Below are positions 52,637 through 63,335 of a stretch of 64,000 bases of DNA, one piece after another. Origin of the DNA: an uncultured Methanolobus sp. (GTDB lineage: Archaea; Halobacteriota; Methanosarcinia; Methanosarcinales; Methanosarcinaceae); contig OY776215.1 in NCBI GenBank assembly GCA_963675495.1, positions 192,001-256,000 of the forward strand, written 5' to 3'. The position numbers were made by a program, and so were the translations under genes. Position 1 is the stretch's first letter; each line of letters opens with the position of its first letter. The notes under the pieces are model-generated. The model was not told where the DNA came from, ran no database searches, and saw only the letters and a list, made by a program, of their open reading frames with translations.

Positions 52637-54316
52637 ATGAAATTAATATGGGGTTTAATTTTATTTCTGATGGTTATCGCTGTTATTTTTTCAGGTTGTA
52701 GTAACACTTCGGATTATGATGAGCAATACACAGTTGAGATAATCGCAGATGGGGCAAGTGTTCGCAATGCAAATGGTATATTATTTGATAGCAATGACCA
52801 GTTATATGTGACCAGCGTTTACGGTGGAGAAATCGTTATTCTTGATCCAGAAACCGGTGAGATTACAGAGAGATTGGGAATCGAGAGCGGAGTCAAATGT
52901 CCGGATGATCTTATCTTCGGACCGGATGGTTCCCTTTACTTCACTAACCTTGTTGTGGGAGAAGTTGGACATCTGTCCATGGATGAAGTATCTTCAAATC
53001 AGTCTGTTGCACCCGGAGTCAATTCCATCACCATGTCCGATGATGGCCGTCTCTTTGTAGGATTGGTCTTCATGGGTGACGGGTTATATGAGCTAGACCC
53101 GAACCTCACGACAGAGCCAAGGCTAATACTTTCCGAACCTGGCTGGTTGAATGCTATGGATTGGGGACCTGATGAATATCTGTATGGTCCAATCTGGACC
53201 AAAGGAGAGGTTGTGCGTGTTGATGTTGATTCGGCTGAGGTCACAACTGTTGCGGATGGCTTTTCTATTCCGGTCTGTGTCAAATTTGATTCTTCTGGAA
53301 ACCTTTACGTAGCAGATTACGATAAAGGAGAGATTTCACGTGTCGACATTATCAACAATACTAAAGAACTTCTAACTAGTGACAATCTTGAAAGGGTTGA
53401 CAGCATAGCCTTTGATTCCAGTGACAGGCTTTTCGCATCCGCAAAAGATGGAAGTATCATAGAGATAATGGCCGATGGAAGTACAAGGGAGGTACTGAAA
53501 GGAGGAATGATAGGACCTGGTGGTGTTGCTGTTCAGTCTGACTCCGATTCAGGTCGTGATTCCGTATTTATTGCCGACCTCGCTTATCTGCGTGAGCTGG
53601 ACGGGCAGACCGGCCAGGAGATACATGTTGACAGACACATCATGGGAGATATCAGCAAGTATAATGGAACCGAATACGGTGGTATTACCTCTCCTATGAC
53701 GGTTTCAACGGACGGAGACAAACTTATAGTTTCTTCATGGGTCTACGACATTGTTCAGGTCTGGGATCCTGTTGAGAACAAACTTGTAAAAGAGTACCTG
53801 GACTTTGCAGTGCCTACGAATGCAATACGGTTCCAGGGAGATCTAATTGTTGCAGAACTTGGAATGGAAGAAGGTGCAGCACGTCTTGTAAAAGTGAATG
53901 ATACAGACCGTGCAACACTTGCTTCCGGGTTTGCAGTACCTGTGGGAATGGCAGCAACAGAGAATGATCTCTGGGTAAGTGACTGGTATCTAGGTATGGT
54001 AATGCAAGTAGTAAAAGATGGTGAAGTGCTTGCCGAACCAATGCCTATTGCAACTGATCTGTCTTTCCCGGAAGGTCTTGCTGTAGACCTGGATGGAAAC
54101 CTACTGGTTGTTGAGACAGGTACTGGAAGCCTTTTGAAGATAAATCTTGAGACAGGAGATATCAGCACTATAGCCGATGATCTGGAAGTAGGTACAGAGA
54201 CAATTCCTGGTATGACACCTAATTACATATTCAATGGTGTAGCTGTGAGTCCCTCGGGTAGCATCTATGTGACAGGTGATAGGTTAAATGTCCTTTACCG
54301 CATTCAGCCCAGTTAA
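52637..54316 (+). CDS. Lipoprotein with tandem beta-propellers (SMP-30/gluconolactonase/NHL-like)
   Basis: Signal peptide and lipobox VIFSGC from the ATG at 52637; repeats P-x-G-L/I-A-x-D-x-x-G-x-L-Y-V. Confidence 0.8.
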   Translation: MKLIWGLILFLMVIAVIFSGCSNTSDYDEQYTVEIIADGASVRNANGILFDSNDQLYVTSVYGGEIVILDPETGEITERLGIESGVKCPDDLIFGPDGSLYFTNLVVGEVGHLSMDEVSSNQSVAPGVNSITMSDDGRLFVGLVFMGDGLYELDPNLTTEPRLILSEPGWLNAMDWGPDEYLYGPIWTKGEVVRVDVDSAEVTTVADGFSIPVCVKFDSSGNLYVADYDKGEISRVDIINNTKELLTSDNLERVDSIAFDSSDRLFASAKDGSIIEIMADGSTREVLKGGMIGPGGVAVQSDSDSGRDSVFIADLAYLRELDGQTGQEIHVDRHIMGDISKYNGTEYGGITSPMTVSTDGDKLIVSSWVYDIVQVWDPVENKLVKEYLDFAVPTNAIRFQGDLIVAELGMEEGAARLVKVNDTDRATLASGFAVPVGMAATENDLWVSDWYLGMVMQVVKDGEVLAEPMPIATDLSFPEGLAVDLDGNLLVVETGTGSLLKINLETGDISTIADDLEVGTETIPGMTPNYIFNGVAVSPSGSIYVTGDRLNVLYRIQPS

Positions 54317-54377
54317 TCGTCAATCAGATGAAGCTGATAATACATAAACACTGGATAATTTCAATGTTATGGATTTC

Positions 54378-54427
54378 AATCTCTACGTCTGCTTGAGTGT
54401 AGCTGACGTGGAGATTTCCTGTTTTTG
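54378..54427 (+). terminator. Stem-loop followed by T-tract after the propeller gene
   Basis: AATCTCTACGTC...GACGTGGAGATT then TCCTGTTTTT. Confidence 0.45.
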
Positions 54428-55419
54428 ATAAAATATAGTATCATTTCTTTGAAGCAAAGGATATATTTTCATTTTGACTAAAAGTGATGTTTTCTACAGA
54501 AGTAAAATTAGTACCCAATTTCAGTATTTGCCTACTTTCTTCCTACTTCTATTTAGCTATCTCAAATATTCCGTCACTAACTGAATTCTTAACTTTCTTC
54601 TAAGCCATTCTTCAACAAGCAGATACATCTATCAGACTTTGTTCTACTCTTCATCTTCTATTCTTTTATGAAAACAGACTGGGATTCCATACAACTGGCA
54701 TTCGTTTTCTATCTACTCCTATAAAGTCAATCGAGGGTAATTAGGCCAGCAGAGTACAGACCAAATCTCTTACACTTGTCAAGAATCCTGTTTAGGAACT
54801 GGCAACATGGAGCATAACGGCAGCCGAGGAAGAAAAGGGAGCGGTGCTTAGTATTCATCAATTCAAAATCATCTTATCTGGCGATCATATGACAGGCAAC
54901 AAAAACCATTTTTCTAACTGGAGGGATATTTCATAAGTTAGCAATTATGTTAAGGTATGGTAGAATGTTACGCAATGCTGCAGTAAATAACCCCTTTAAC
55001 GTATTCGCTTTTTAGCCTGGTTGTTTGCAGCATGCCGAAAATTATTGAGAACGAAAAACTCACATACGTTAAAACCTTAATAGTCTTTTTCTTATGGCTT
55101 CGAGATATGCCGGTTTTAATTTAAATCTTATTTTATAGTCATAACGTATAGCATTTTTTAGAAATACATAGACCTTAAGACCATAAAATCAAAACTTACA
55201 GACGTTAAAGGCTTTTTTAATTAATAAAACCTTGTAAATCTGTTTTTTTGTAGATTAAAGCATTGAAACGCTTTATTTCAAAAAGTACTTATAGTATTAT
55301 GAACTAATTTACCATGTTTATTCAAATTCAAAAAAATCAAATGTTTAGTTTCCACTGAATGCGATTTCAACGTGGGGAACTAAGCATTTGAGCACAAAAA
55401 ACTCACATAGCTCGAAGGT

Positions 55420-55563
55420 ATGATCATGAAGATATCCTCCCATCCCCTTATCCTGCAACTTGCAGCAATTGATTATGAGATACTCCCTTTCTTCTCTCCA
55501 ACAGAAAGAGCGGTCATAGAAACATGTAAAGAAATAGTTGAAAAACAGAATGGTGCAAAATGA
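55420..55563 (+). CDS. 47-aa hypothetical protein of the mobile element
   Basis: GAAGGT RBS; MIMKISSHPLILQLAAIDYEILPFFSPTERAVIETCKEIVEKQNGAK. Confidence 0.4.
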   Translation: MIMKISSHPLILQLAAIDYEILPFFSPTERAVIETCKEIVEKQNGAK

Positions 55564-55578
55564 AGGGAATAGAATGCC

Positions 55579-56110
55579 TTATACTAGAAGATATGTATAG
55601 AGCTCATATTCCTACATTCTCAATTTAACTCAAATACCCGTGCTCTTTTTTTATAGTCCATTGTCAGTCGGAAGTTTTTTCCATTTTTGACCCTCTTATT
55701 GATTAGCAGACCTTTTTTCCATCGACTTTCATATGATTCTAGCCTTTTTAAAAGATTCGAACTCAGTCTGTACTTTATTTTAGTTATCCCTTATTGTCCT
55801 TTTTTCTGGGTATTTCTCTTTTAAGGACAAGATATCCACTTTTTCTTCTCTTTGCTCTTTCATACCCGTGTGAATACCGATGAAGTATTTTATAGACTTA
55901 ACTGCTACTTACTTTGCTTTTCCTATTTGAATTCTGGTTGACAAACTTTGTAATCTCTTCAAGGATCATGTATTTATTGCCATTTTCTCTCATAGTTTGA
56001 AATAACAATAATTTCGCAGCTCCTAAAATGCCTCGATAATAACAATATTTACATAAAGGATGTTATGGATATTCTTTATCATACCCGCATGATGGACATT
56101 TGTTTTGCAT
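55579..56110 (-). pseudogene. Decayed Zn-finger + wHTH-like basic protein
   Basis: MQNKCPSCGYDKEYP*HPLCKYCYYRG...LEEITKFVN...*VYKILHRY..., with several stops and frameshifts. Confidence 0.5.
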
Positions 56111-56320
56111 ATTATGAAGGCATCTGATAATTTTTTACTCCTTAGCGTTCTGGCAACGAAGGCTTTCCAATTGCTATACAATTGGACAGCTGAAGTGGGA
56201 ATGAAAGCGCTTCGCTTGAATGGGCGGAGAGGTAGTATACATACAGAATTAATTATTTCATACAGAGATATATCCATCAATGCCTGAAGCTAGTTGAACT
56301 TGGTTGAAGCATATATAGAT

Positions 56321-57535
56321 TTATTTTTCTCCAAGGGAACTCCCCATTTTCTCAGCAATCATTGCCTGGGTTGATGGATCGGACAGTAGAAGACCCAAAG
56401 CGTCGGGAATCTGCTCGCTTGCTTTTTCCATTTCCCGAGCCATCTGCTGGTCTAGGACAAGAGAACACTGACTACAGAATCGATCATCCGGTCGAAGCAC
56501 ATTACTGCATCTGGGACACTGCTTTAACGTAATATGACGCTTGTCTTCTGTCTTAATGCCATACTTCTCATAGATACGATCATTCATTTCTTTATCAGTA
56601 AAGTTAGCATAGACCTTGAACATCCTTGTGGAACCTTTTGACCATCCAGCACGATGTTTTATCTCCTGCTCATTGAGGTCATCATATATCCAGTGAGTAA
56701 TTGCCATGTGACGGAAACTATGAGGATTCACACGCTTTTTGATACCCGCTTTCTTTCCAACATTCTGAATTGTAACTCGAAGGCTTTTATAGCTCATAGG
56801 CTCATGCTTTTTATTCAAAGTAACCCATAAAGGAGCTTCAGGATCATCTTTAAAGGGATGCACGGCTATCCACTGGTTAAGAAAACCTGTTGACCATGTC
56901 AGAGGGATCCCTTTTGCCGGAGTTGTTTTGTTTGCCATACCGGTCTTGGATAAATAGACCATGGAGCCGTATTGTGTAAACTCAACATGTTTTATCCTGC
57001 AGGAAGCAAGAGCTCCAATTCGCATTCCACCATCTGCAAGTACAGCAATCAGTGCTTTGTCCCTTGGATGTCTGCAAGCCTCCATTAACTTATCAAATTC
57101 TTCCTTTGTCAGGAGGTCTGATGGCTGGACAGGTGTATCTAGGGTCTTCAGTTTAAGCTTCTGCACCCATTTAGGTGGTTCATCATCAGACATGACCCTG
57201 AAGAACTTCTTTGTCACTTTCTTATAGGTCCGCAGTCCTGTTTCCTTAAGTTCACGTTCAACCTGAAGATTCAACATAAGCTTATTGAAATCATCTTCTT
57301 CTATATCCGTGAGAATTGTATCAACACCCATTTCATGCAACCTTTGTGCCAGACGGGTGATATAGTTCAGGTATCCTACAATTGTCCCCATTGCAAGACC
57401 TTCGATCTGGACTTTTGTGATGAATTTCTCTATAACATTCTTATTTTCATCTGAAATTTCAGAATTTTTGAGTCGTTTCATTCCCTGGATGAAACCAGTA
57501 TTGAACGAATGCACGTCATCTACATTACTTGTCAT
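56321..57535 (-). CDS. Tyrosine integrase with C-terminal zinc ribbon
   Basis: RDKALIAVLADGGMRIG, K, HSFRH, AGW, catalytic Y in VYANF; CPRC...FCSQC. Confidence 0.93.
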   Translation of the reverse strand: MTSNVDDVHSFNTGFIQGMKRLKNSEISDENKNVIEKFITKVQIEGLAMGTIVGYLNYITRLAQRLHEMGVDTILTDIEEDDFNKLMLNLQVERELKETGLRTYKKVTKKFFRVMSDDEPPKWVQKLKLKTLDTPVQPSDLLTKEEFDKLMEACRHPRDKALIAVLADGGMRIGALASCRIKHVEFTQYGSMVYLSKTGMANKTTPAKGIPLTWSTGFLNQWIAVHPFKDDPEAPLWVTLNKKHEPMSYKSLRVTIQNVGKKAGIKKRVNPHSFRHMAITHWIYDDLNEQEIKHRAGWSKGSTRMFKVYANFTDKEMNDRIYEKYGIKTEDKRHITLKQCPRCSNVLRPDDRFCSQCSLVLDQQMAREMEKASEQIPDALGLLLSDPSTQAMIAEKMGSSLGEK

Positions 57536-57580
57536 AGTATGTAGTATGCAAGATAGGACTATAAAGTTTTCTTTGATAGC

Positions 57581-57596
57581 CCGTGCCGGGCTACCA
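57581..57596 (+). other. Probable att site: duplicated tRNA-Gln-like 3' end CCGTGCCGGGCTACCA
   Basis: Ends in ACCA. CCGGGCT would pair with an AGCCCGG 5' acceptor strand, as I recall for Methanosarcinales tRNA-Gln. No 5' half of a tRNA precedes it, and it is adjacent to the integrase. Confidence 0.7.
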
Positions 57597-57681
57597 AAAT
57601 ATTTTACAAGTCACATTTATACAGTGCTTTTTTTGTACATTAAATAAGATTTGAATACTTATATTGTAAACTTGTACTATT

Positions 57682-58683
57682 TTATAATACTTCTTCAGAC
57701 AACTCAAATTCCGCAACAACTGGCGCATGGTCAGATTCCGGGAACTTCCTTTCTGTTGAAATGGCAAGCGATTCATCATGTAATAACTCGTTGTGCACTT
57801 CAGAATTCCTATAATGTGCCATCATAGCCCTGGAAATTAGAAGATGATCTAACATTTTTCCTTTGCCCCTATGGTAAAGTGAAAAACGAGATGATTCTGG
57901 AATACTCAGCTCACAAGGCATCATGACACGATTGGCCAGTTTGCTATTACCTATCTCTTCAACCTCACCCCGGATGGCTTCCAAAGGTACTTCGTCAAGA
58001 TCTGCATTGAAATCTCCACACACTACGATCCATGAATCTTCATCCTCATCGAATAGTCTATCTACCAGCATTCGGGTTTCAAGAGCCTGACCCACCCTCT
58101 TCGTTGAAGAAATGAAAAAACCCTCTGCCCAACCAGAAGCGGTCTTCCATGTGTAGTTGTTGAGTTTTTGTCCTTCTATGTTGGATGGTATTCGTGATTT
58201 CAAGTGAAGGTTGATAACTTCTAATATCTTATCATCAATTTTTATCCTGGCATGAAGTATTGGTCGCTCCCAGGTAACTTTTTTAGCTTCTTTTTCTTCT
58301 TTATTCGTTTTTGCTGTTACTTGCAGATAATATGGGGCTGGTGCATAATCATGTTTATACTGATGATATTCCAGAATATCATAGCGGCTTAAAATGACCA
58401 GATTACGTTCATCGTATGCTTGTCCGCCGTTCTCAGTTTTTGTATGCGCTATTTGATATTCAGCATATTGTGTGCCTTCAATAAGTTCCTGTAGAGCCAG
58501 CAGCTGCCGAGGCAGCCCATCTTGCTCCTGTCCATTGATCTCTTGTAAACAAAGGATATCTGCGTCTATCCTGTGTAATTGAGGCCGTATCAAAGCTATG
58601 CGCTCTTCCAATGTTGGCTTTTTCTTTTCTTTATCGTCAAGGTTTTCCAAATTGAATGTTGCTATTCGTAGTTTGGTTGACAT
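57682..58683 (-). CDS. Endonuclease/exonuclease/phosphatase (EEP) family protein
   Basis: RIATFNLENL, DILCLQE, NLHLKS, CGDFN, LDHLLIS, SDHAPV. Confidence 0.92.
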   Translation of the reverse strand: MSTKLRIATFNLENLDDKEKKKPTLEERIALIRPQLHRIDADILCLQEINGQEQDGLPRQLLALQELIEGTQYAEYQIAHTKTENGGQAYDERNLVILSRYDILEYHQYKHDYAPAPYYLQVTAKTNKEEKEAKKVTWERPILHARIKIDDKILEVINLHLKSRIPSNIEGQKLNNYTWKTASGWAEGFFISSTKRVGQALETRMLVDRLFDEDEDSWIVVCGDFNADLDEVPLEAIRGEVEEIGNSKLANRVMMPCELSIPESSRFSLYHRGKGKMLDHLLISRAMMAHYRNSEVHNELLHDESLAISTERKFPESDHAPVVAEFELSEEVL

Positions 58684-59034
58684 GTTGTCTCCCTGTTTAA
58701 GGTCATTATCTTGGGGTGAAATAAGATTTTTGTAGAAACCTGGTTATCACTAATCAAAAAGAAGTGTTATCGCCCCACTATCCGCCCCATGATCACAGAT
58801 ATTTCTTGTGCTATTCCCTATAGCAATATACATTGTATATATTGTGTTATTTAAGCATTTGTCTAAATTATGGTATAAACTCGGTATTTTTTAGCTTAAG
58901 TCTAATTTTGACATTTTTAACTTTTGCTCAAATAGGATCTCTTCTCTTTTACCCAATTATTACACATTTAAATCTTAATTTGATTAAATAGGTTGACTAT
59001 TCCTGGTTAGATTCTCATGAAATGTAGTTAGTAT

Positions 59035-59790
59035 CTACAATTCTCTGAGAAGGCGAAAACCGTTGAAGCCGTAACGATTGCCAGGACTGTTGCCGCTTCG
59101 AAGTGTCGACCGACAGAACCTTGCAAGGCTGCTCCAGCAACCTCCACGATCAACACGTAGGGAACTACTACCATCTTCCCAGGCATTACCATCAATTGGT
59201 GCATTTTCATAGTTTGGATGCCACTTATCCTGACACCATTCCCATACATTGCCATGCATGTCGCACAATCCCCAGGGGTTAGGGTTTTTTTGTCCCACCT
59301 GATGAGGCATGGATCCCAAATACCATGCATACTCTCCCAAACAGGATTCATCGTCTCCAAAAGAATATTTTGTGGTTGTACCTGCCCTGCACGCAAACTC
59401 CCACTCAGCCTCAGATGGCAGGCGATACTTGTCAGTACCTTCCTTTGCATTCATCTTTTTTATAAACTCATGTACATCATTCCACGAAACCTGCTCTACT
59501 GGCATATCCTCGCCTTTAAAGCACGAAGGATTATCGCCCATTACCTCGGTCCATTCTTTTTGTGTTACAGGATATTTACTAAGGTAGAAGGGTTTTGAAA
59601 TTGTTACTTTATGAACTGGTTTTTCATCATCATATTGCTTTGAGCCCATCAAAAACTCTCCTGTAGAAATTCGCATGAATTCCATACCAATGGAGTTTGT
59701 TATTGAAATCAATGTTTTGTTCTTTTCAGCATTCTTTTGCTTCCCTGAACTCATGTTCTCACTTCCCTCTAGCATTATATGTTGAATCAT
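59035..59790 (-). CDS. FGE-sulfatase (SUMF1/C-type lectin-fold) domain protein
   Basis: GEFLMGS, YPVTQ, VSWND, RLPSEAEWEFACRAG, NPWGLCDMHGNVWEWC, RGGCW, GFRL. Confidence 0.92.
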   Translation of the reverse strand: MIQHIMLEGSENMSSGKQKNAEKNKTLISITNSIGMEFMRISTGEFLMGSKQYDDEKPVHKVTISKPFYLSKYPVTQKEWTEVMGDNPSCFKGEDMPVEQVSWNDVHEFIKKMNAKEGTDKYRLPSEAEWEFACRAGTTTKYSFGDDESCLGEYAWYLGSMPHQVGQKNPNPWGLCDMHGNVWEWCQDKWHPNYENAPIDGNAWEDGSSSLRVDRGGCWSSLARFCRSTLRSGNSPGNRYGFNGFRLLREL

Positions 59791-60296
59791 TTTTTCTTAC
59801 ATATGGGATTTGTAGTTAGAATCATTTTTTGATTATTTCCTTATTTTTAAACCACTACAACCTGTCGTACACACAAATCCCAAATTCATAGTGGCACCCT
59901 CAACTAAATTGCCATTATAATTTTTAATTAAATATTTCTCTTGCATTATTGTTAGTTTTTACGGCTCATTCTAATTCCTATAGCATCCTTTTTTAGCTTC
60001 CGTTTTTCAATTACTCTTTCTGTAGTCTTTCCAGCCTGATGAATCCTCTCTTAGCTCTTGTTGCATTCCTGTTCCTTCATATTCTTATGAATTAATGCAG
60101 TCATATTCTTGCTTATGGTTACGTAGATTTTCCATTTCATATACTATCTATGTCATGTTTTGATAAGTGTCGATAAATTCAATACATTAATGTATTTTAT
60201 ACTAGGTTTATTATTATGTTGAATAAAGGACACAATAAAGACATTATGACCAGTTCCATGAACGATTATAATATCCTGTAATTTGTCAGAGGTGAT

Positions 60297-63149
60297 TTGA
60301 TGGAAAGAATATATAAGTATTATCCGGAAGATTTTGGAGAATTAACTGTAAAAGTTGTACACATGGACCTTATTTTTGATATGTTTGCCGATCATACAAA
60401 GGTGACATCTCATCTCAAATTACGAACTCTTGACAAATCCATCAATGAACTTGAGCTGAATTGCAAGAAGCTTGAAATTCTATCCGTAAGTTGCAAAGAG
60501 TATGATATTGGTTACGAATACAGGGAAAAAGACGATATCCTCTTAATCAAATTTGGCCAGGAAGTACCTGAAGACACTGATATTTTCATCAACACCCAGA
60601 CTATCTGCAGACCTACTAAAAACATACTGGAAGGTCTCTATTATGATGAAACCCCTGCAGGCGCTCCTCCACAACAAATAACCCAATGCCAGCAATGGGG
60701 GTTCCAGAGAATCGTGCCATGCATAGATGACATGGTAGCGAAATGCACTTACACTACAACCATAATTGCCGATGAGAGGTATACAAATCTTATAAGTAAC
60801 GGCGATATTATAGAGGCAAGGCATTCAATTGGAAATGGAAGGGATCAGATTGTCTATGATAATTCAATTACTCCCATGGCTCCTTATCTTTTTTTCCTGG
60901 GTGTGGGCACCTATGACACATTCAAAAAAGAGTTTGAGTATCCGGATGGGCACACATTTGACCTGGAGTTACTAGTGCCTCCCGGTTCAGATTCCTTGAT
61001 CGCCCAAAAAAGTCTTGACGTACTCTACGATTCGATTATGTGGATCCATCTTTTTACAGGTCCTGAACAATATTCTCAATCTGAAGATCGAAGAAAGATT
61101 ATGAATCTGGTCATGGAAAGGGACCTGCTTAAAAATGGAGGAAACGGAGCTGATGGACAGAACCAAAAGATTAGAACCATCAGGGATGAACTGAAAAAGG
61201 CAGTTGGATTGATACAGACCGGATACAAGTATACGGGCACCGTTTACAGGGAGATCGGGATGCAGAATTCTAATTTTGGTGGTATGGAAAATGTAGGCAA
61301 TACTACCATTAGCACCAATCGCATAATGCCCTTCCCTCAAATGACTGACAATGCTTTCGAGTATATGATGCGGGTAAAAGTTCATGAATTCTACCATAAC
61401 CTTAACGGCTCTGAAGTAACCGGAAAAAGTCCATTTGAAATATGGCTTAACGAAGCGGTGACCGTTCATATAGAGAAAATGTATCATGCATATCATTTTG
61501 GAGAGGAATATAGCCGTCTTGATGAAGTCCTTGGTTTTCTGGCTCCCGGGGCCGGAACCTTTGCCCTTGACATGGGCGCAGCCTCCATGCCCATCATCCC
61601 AGATGGATTCAATGACCCTGATGATCTGATCAGTGCAGTGACCTATGTAAAATCCCCGGAATTTGTACTGATGATAGAGAAACTTATGGGAAAAGCCACA
61701 TTTGCCAGAGCTCTGAATGTCTATCATGCTAGATATAAACACTCAAATGCCTCAAGCTGGGACTGGATCGAAGTAATGGAAGAGGTTTCAGGACTTGATT
61801 TGAAAGAAATGGCAAAAATATGGCTAAAACAAACACAATTCCCTCTAGTCCATGTAAGATCCTCCTATGATGAAAATGAAAGGGCTTTTACATTATTCTT
61901 AGAACAGGAAGTTCCAGGAGATGGAAAATTCTGGGAGTTCCCATTCTGTGTAGCTCTGGTAGATAAAGAAGGCAATGATCTTGCCGAAGTCATGGAGCTG
62001 ATGAAGGGCAAAGAGAAAAAGATTGTTATCAATGATGTAGATAAACCCGCATTTTCATCCTTGAACCGTAGGTATTCTTTCTTTGGAAAAGTAATTCATG
62101 ATGTGGATATTGATGAGCTGATCTTGCAGATAAAAATGGATACTGATCTGATAAACAGGTTTATTGCGTTCTACAAGATAGTTGATCTCGAAAAAATGAA
62201 ATTAATTGAGGACAGCAAGCATGCTCCATCAAAAGAATTCACAGACCTTTATTATGAACTCATCCAGGATCATGAATTAATGAAGGAAGCAGGAGCTCAG
62301 TTCCTGACAATCTTTGAATCCGTGGAAGATGAGATACTTGCACACAGGTATCATTTGTTATATGAAGTTAAACAAAAACTTTTCAAAGCAATAGCAAGTG
62401 AACATGAAGATCCCCTGATATCACTCTATAAGGTTTACAATAAAAAAGGAAATGAATCCAAAAATGGAAACCAGGATTACGTGAATGAGCAGGTAAATGC
62501 GATCAAATATCGCCAGATAAAGAATACGTGTCTCTCTGTTCTTTCGACCCTCGATACACCCATAGTGCATGATATGATCAGAGAACAGTTTGAGACAGCT
62601 GAAAACGCCACGGATAAATTAAGTGCTTTTAGCTATTATCTTAACAGTTCGGCACCTGACAGGATCCAGTTTATGCAAAGGTTCCAGAAGGAAGCAGAAA
62701 AACATCCTGTAAGTTGGGAAGCTTTCCTGAGAGTTATAGGAAGCAACAGTCGGGATGATGTATTTGACATGATAAAACAGGTTGAAAGTTCCGATTCCTT
62801 CAGGATAGAACAGGCAAATGACCAGAGAGCTCTTTATGGAAGTTTTGCAATGAACAGAAAGAAATCTCTGCAAACCGAACAGGGAAGGCAATTGCTTGGG
62901 GATATAGTTCTCAAGCTGGCAGGGGTCAATGAATATACTGCCGTAGGCATCCTTAACGTCCTTGCAAATATTGATCGGATGGAAGATGAATATCATGTGC
63001 CTTTGGTGGGAATGCTGATTGGTTTCCTGGGCAGGCTCGATAAGGATAATACACCAAGTGTATACAACAGGATCAGGAAGATACTGCTCAATACTCCAAA
63101 AGCCGTGGAAAGATATGAAGTGCTTAATGGAAAACTCAATTTGAGTTAA
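60297..63149 (+). CDS. pepN: Aminopeptidase N (M1 family)
   Basis: LEGLY, TQCQQWGFQRI, GGMEN, HEFYH...WLNE (HEXXH-x18-E), VTY. Confidence 0.92.
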   Translation: MMERIYKYYPEDFGELTVKVVHMDLIFDMFADHTKVTSHLKLRTLDKSINELELNCKKLEILSVSCKEYDIGYEYREKDDILLIKFGQEVPEDTDIFINTQTICRPTKNILEGLYYDETPAGAPPQQITQCQQWGFQRIVPCIDDMVAKCTYTTTIIADERYTNLISNGDIIEARHSIGNGRDQIVYDNSITPMAPYLFFLGVGTYDTFKKEFEYPDGHTFDLELLVPPGSDSLIAQKSLDVLYDSIMWIHLFTGPEQYSQSEDRRKIMNLVMERDLLKNGGNGADGQNQKIRTIRDELKKAVGLIQTGYKYTGTVYREIGMQNSNFGGMENVGNTTISTNRIMPFPQMTDNAFEYMMRVKVHEFYHNLNGSEVTGKSPFEIWLNEAVTVHIEKMYHAYHFGEEYSRLDEVLGFLAPGAGTFALDMGAASMPIIPDGFNDPDDLISAVTYVKSPEFVLMIEKLMGKATFARALNVYHARYKHSNASSWDWIEVMEEVSGLDLKEMAKIWLKQTQFPLVHVRSSYDENERAFTLFLEQEVPGDGKFWEFPFCVALVDKEGNDLAEVMELMKGKEKKIVINDVDKPAFSSLNRRYSFFGKVIHDVDIDELILQIKMDTDLINRFIAFYKIVDLEKMKLIEDSKHAPSKEFTDLYYELIQDHELMKEAGAQFLTIFESVEDEILAHRYHLLYEVKQKLFKAIASEHEDPLISLYKVYNKKGNESKNGNQDYVNEQVNAIKYRQIKNTCLSVLSTLDTPIVHDMIREQFETAENATDKLSAFSYYLNSSAPDRIQFMQRFQKEAEKHPVSWEAFLRVIGSNSRDDVFDMIKQVESSDSFRIEQANDQRALYGSFAMNRKKSLQTEQGRQLLGDIVLKLAGVNEYTAVGILNVLANIDRMEDEYHVPLVGMLIGFLGRLDKDNTPSVYNRIRKILLNTPKAVERYEVLNGKLNLS

Positions 63150-63335
63150 GACCCGAAATATATTTCAGGTCTTTTTATTTTCAACGTAAAATACATCACC
63201 GAATTTCATTTAGGTTTCTTTTCAATTATTTTTTCTTTGGTGTATGCATAGGCATTAAAAACATCATATTTTTGAATTTCAATAAAGATTAAATATTAAA
63301 GATATTCATCTTTACTAGGGGATTCAATTAGAGAA

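Larger units (their letters stand above)
1..57596. mobile_element. Large integrative genomic island (defence genes + Tc toxin); left end outside the window
   Basis: Tyrosine integrase at 56321-57535 starts 45 bp from a tRNA 3'-end-like sequence (57581-57596). Genes to the left are accessory (defence, toxin, pseudogenes, viral remnants); pepN and other housekeeping-like genes lie to the right. The extent is inferred, and nested islands cannot be excluded. Confidence 0.65.

Noticed and set aside
57560-57600. Complete tRNA gene
   Set aside because: Only the last ~16 nt resemble a tRNA; there is no D, anticodon or full T arm.
30947-63000. Many antisense or shadow ORFs of 60-250 aa inside the large genes
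   Set aside because: They overlap well-supported CDSs and lack motifs.
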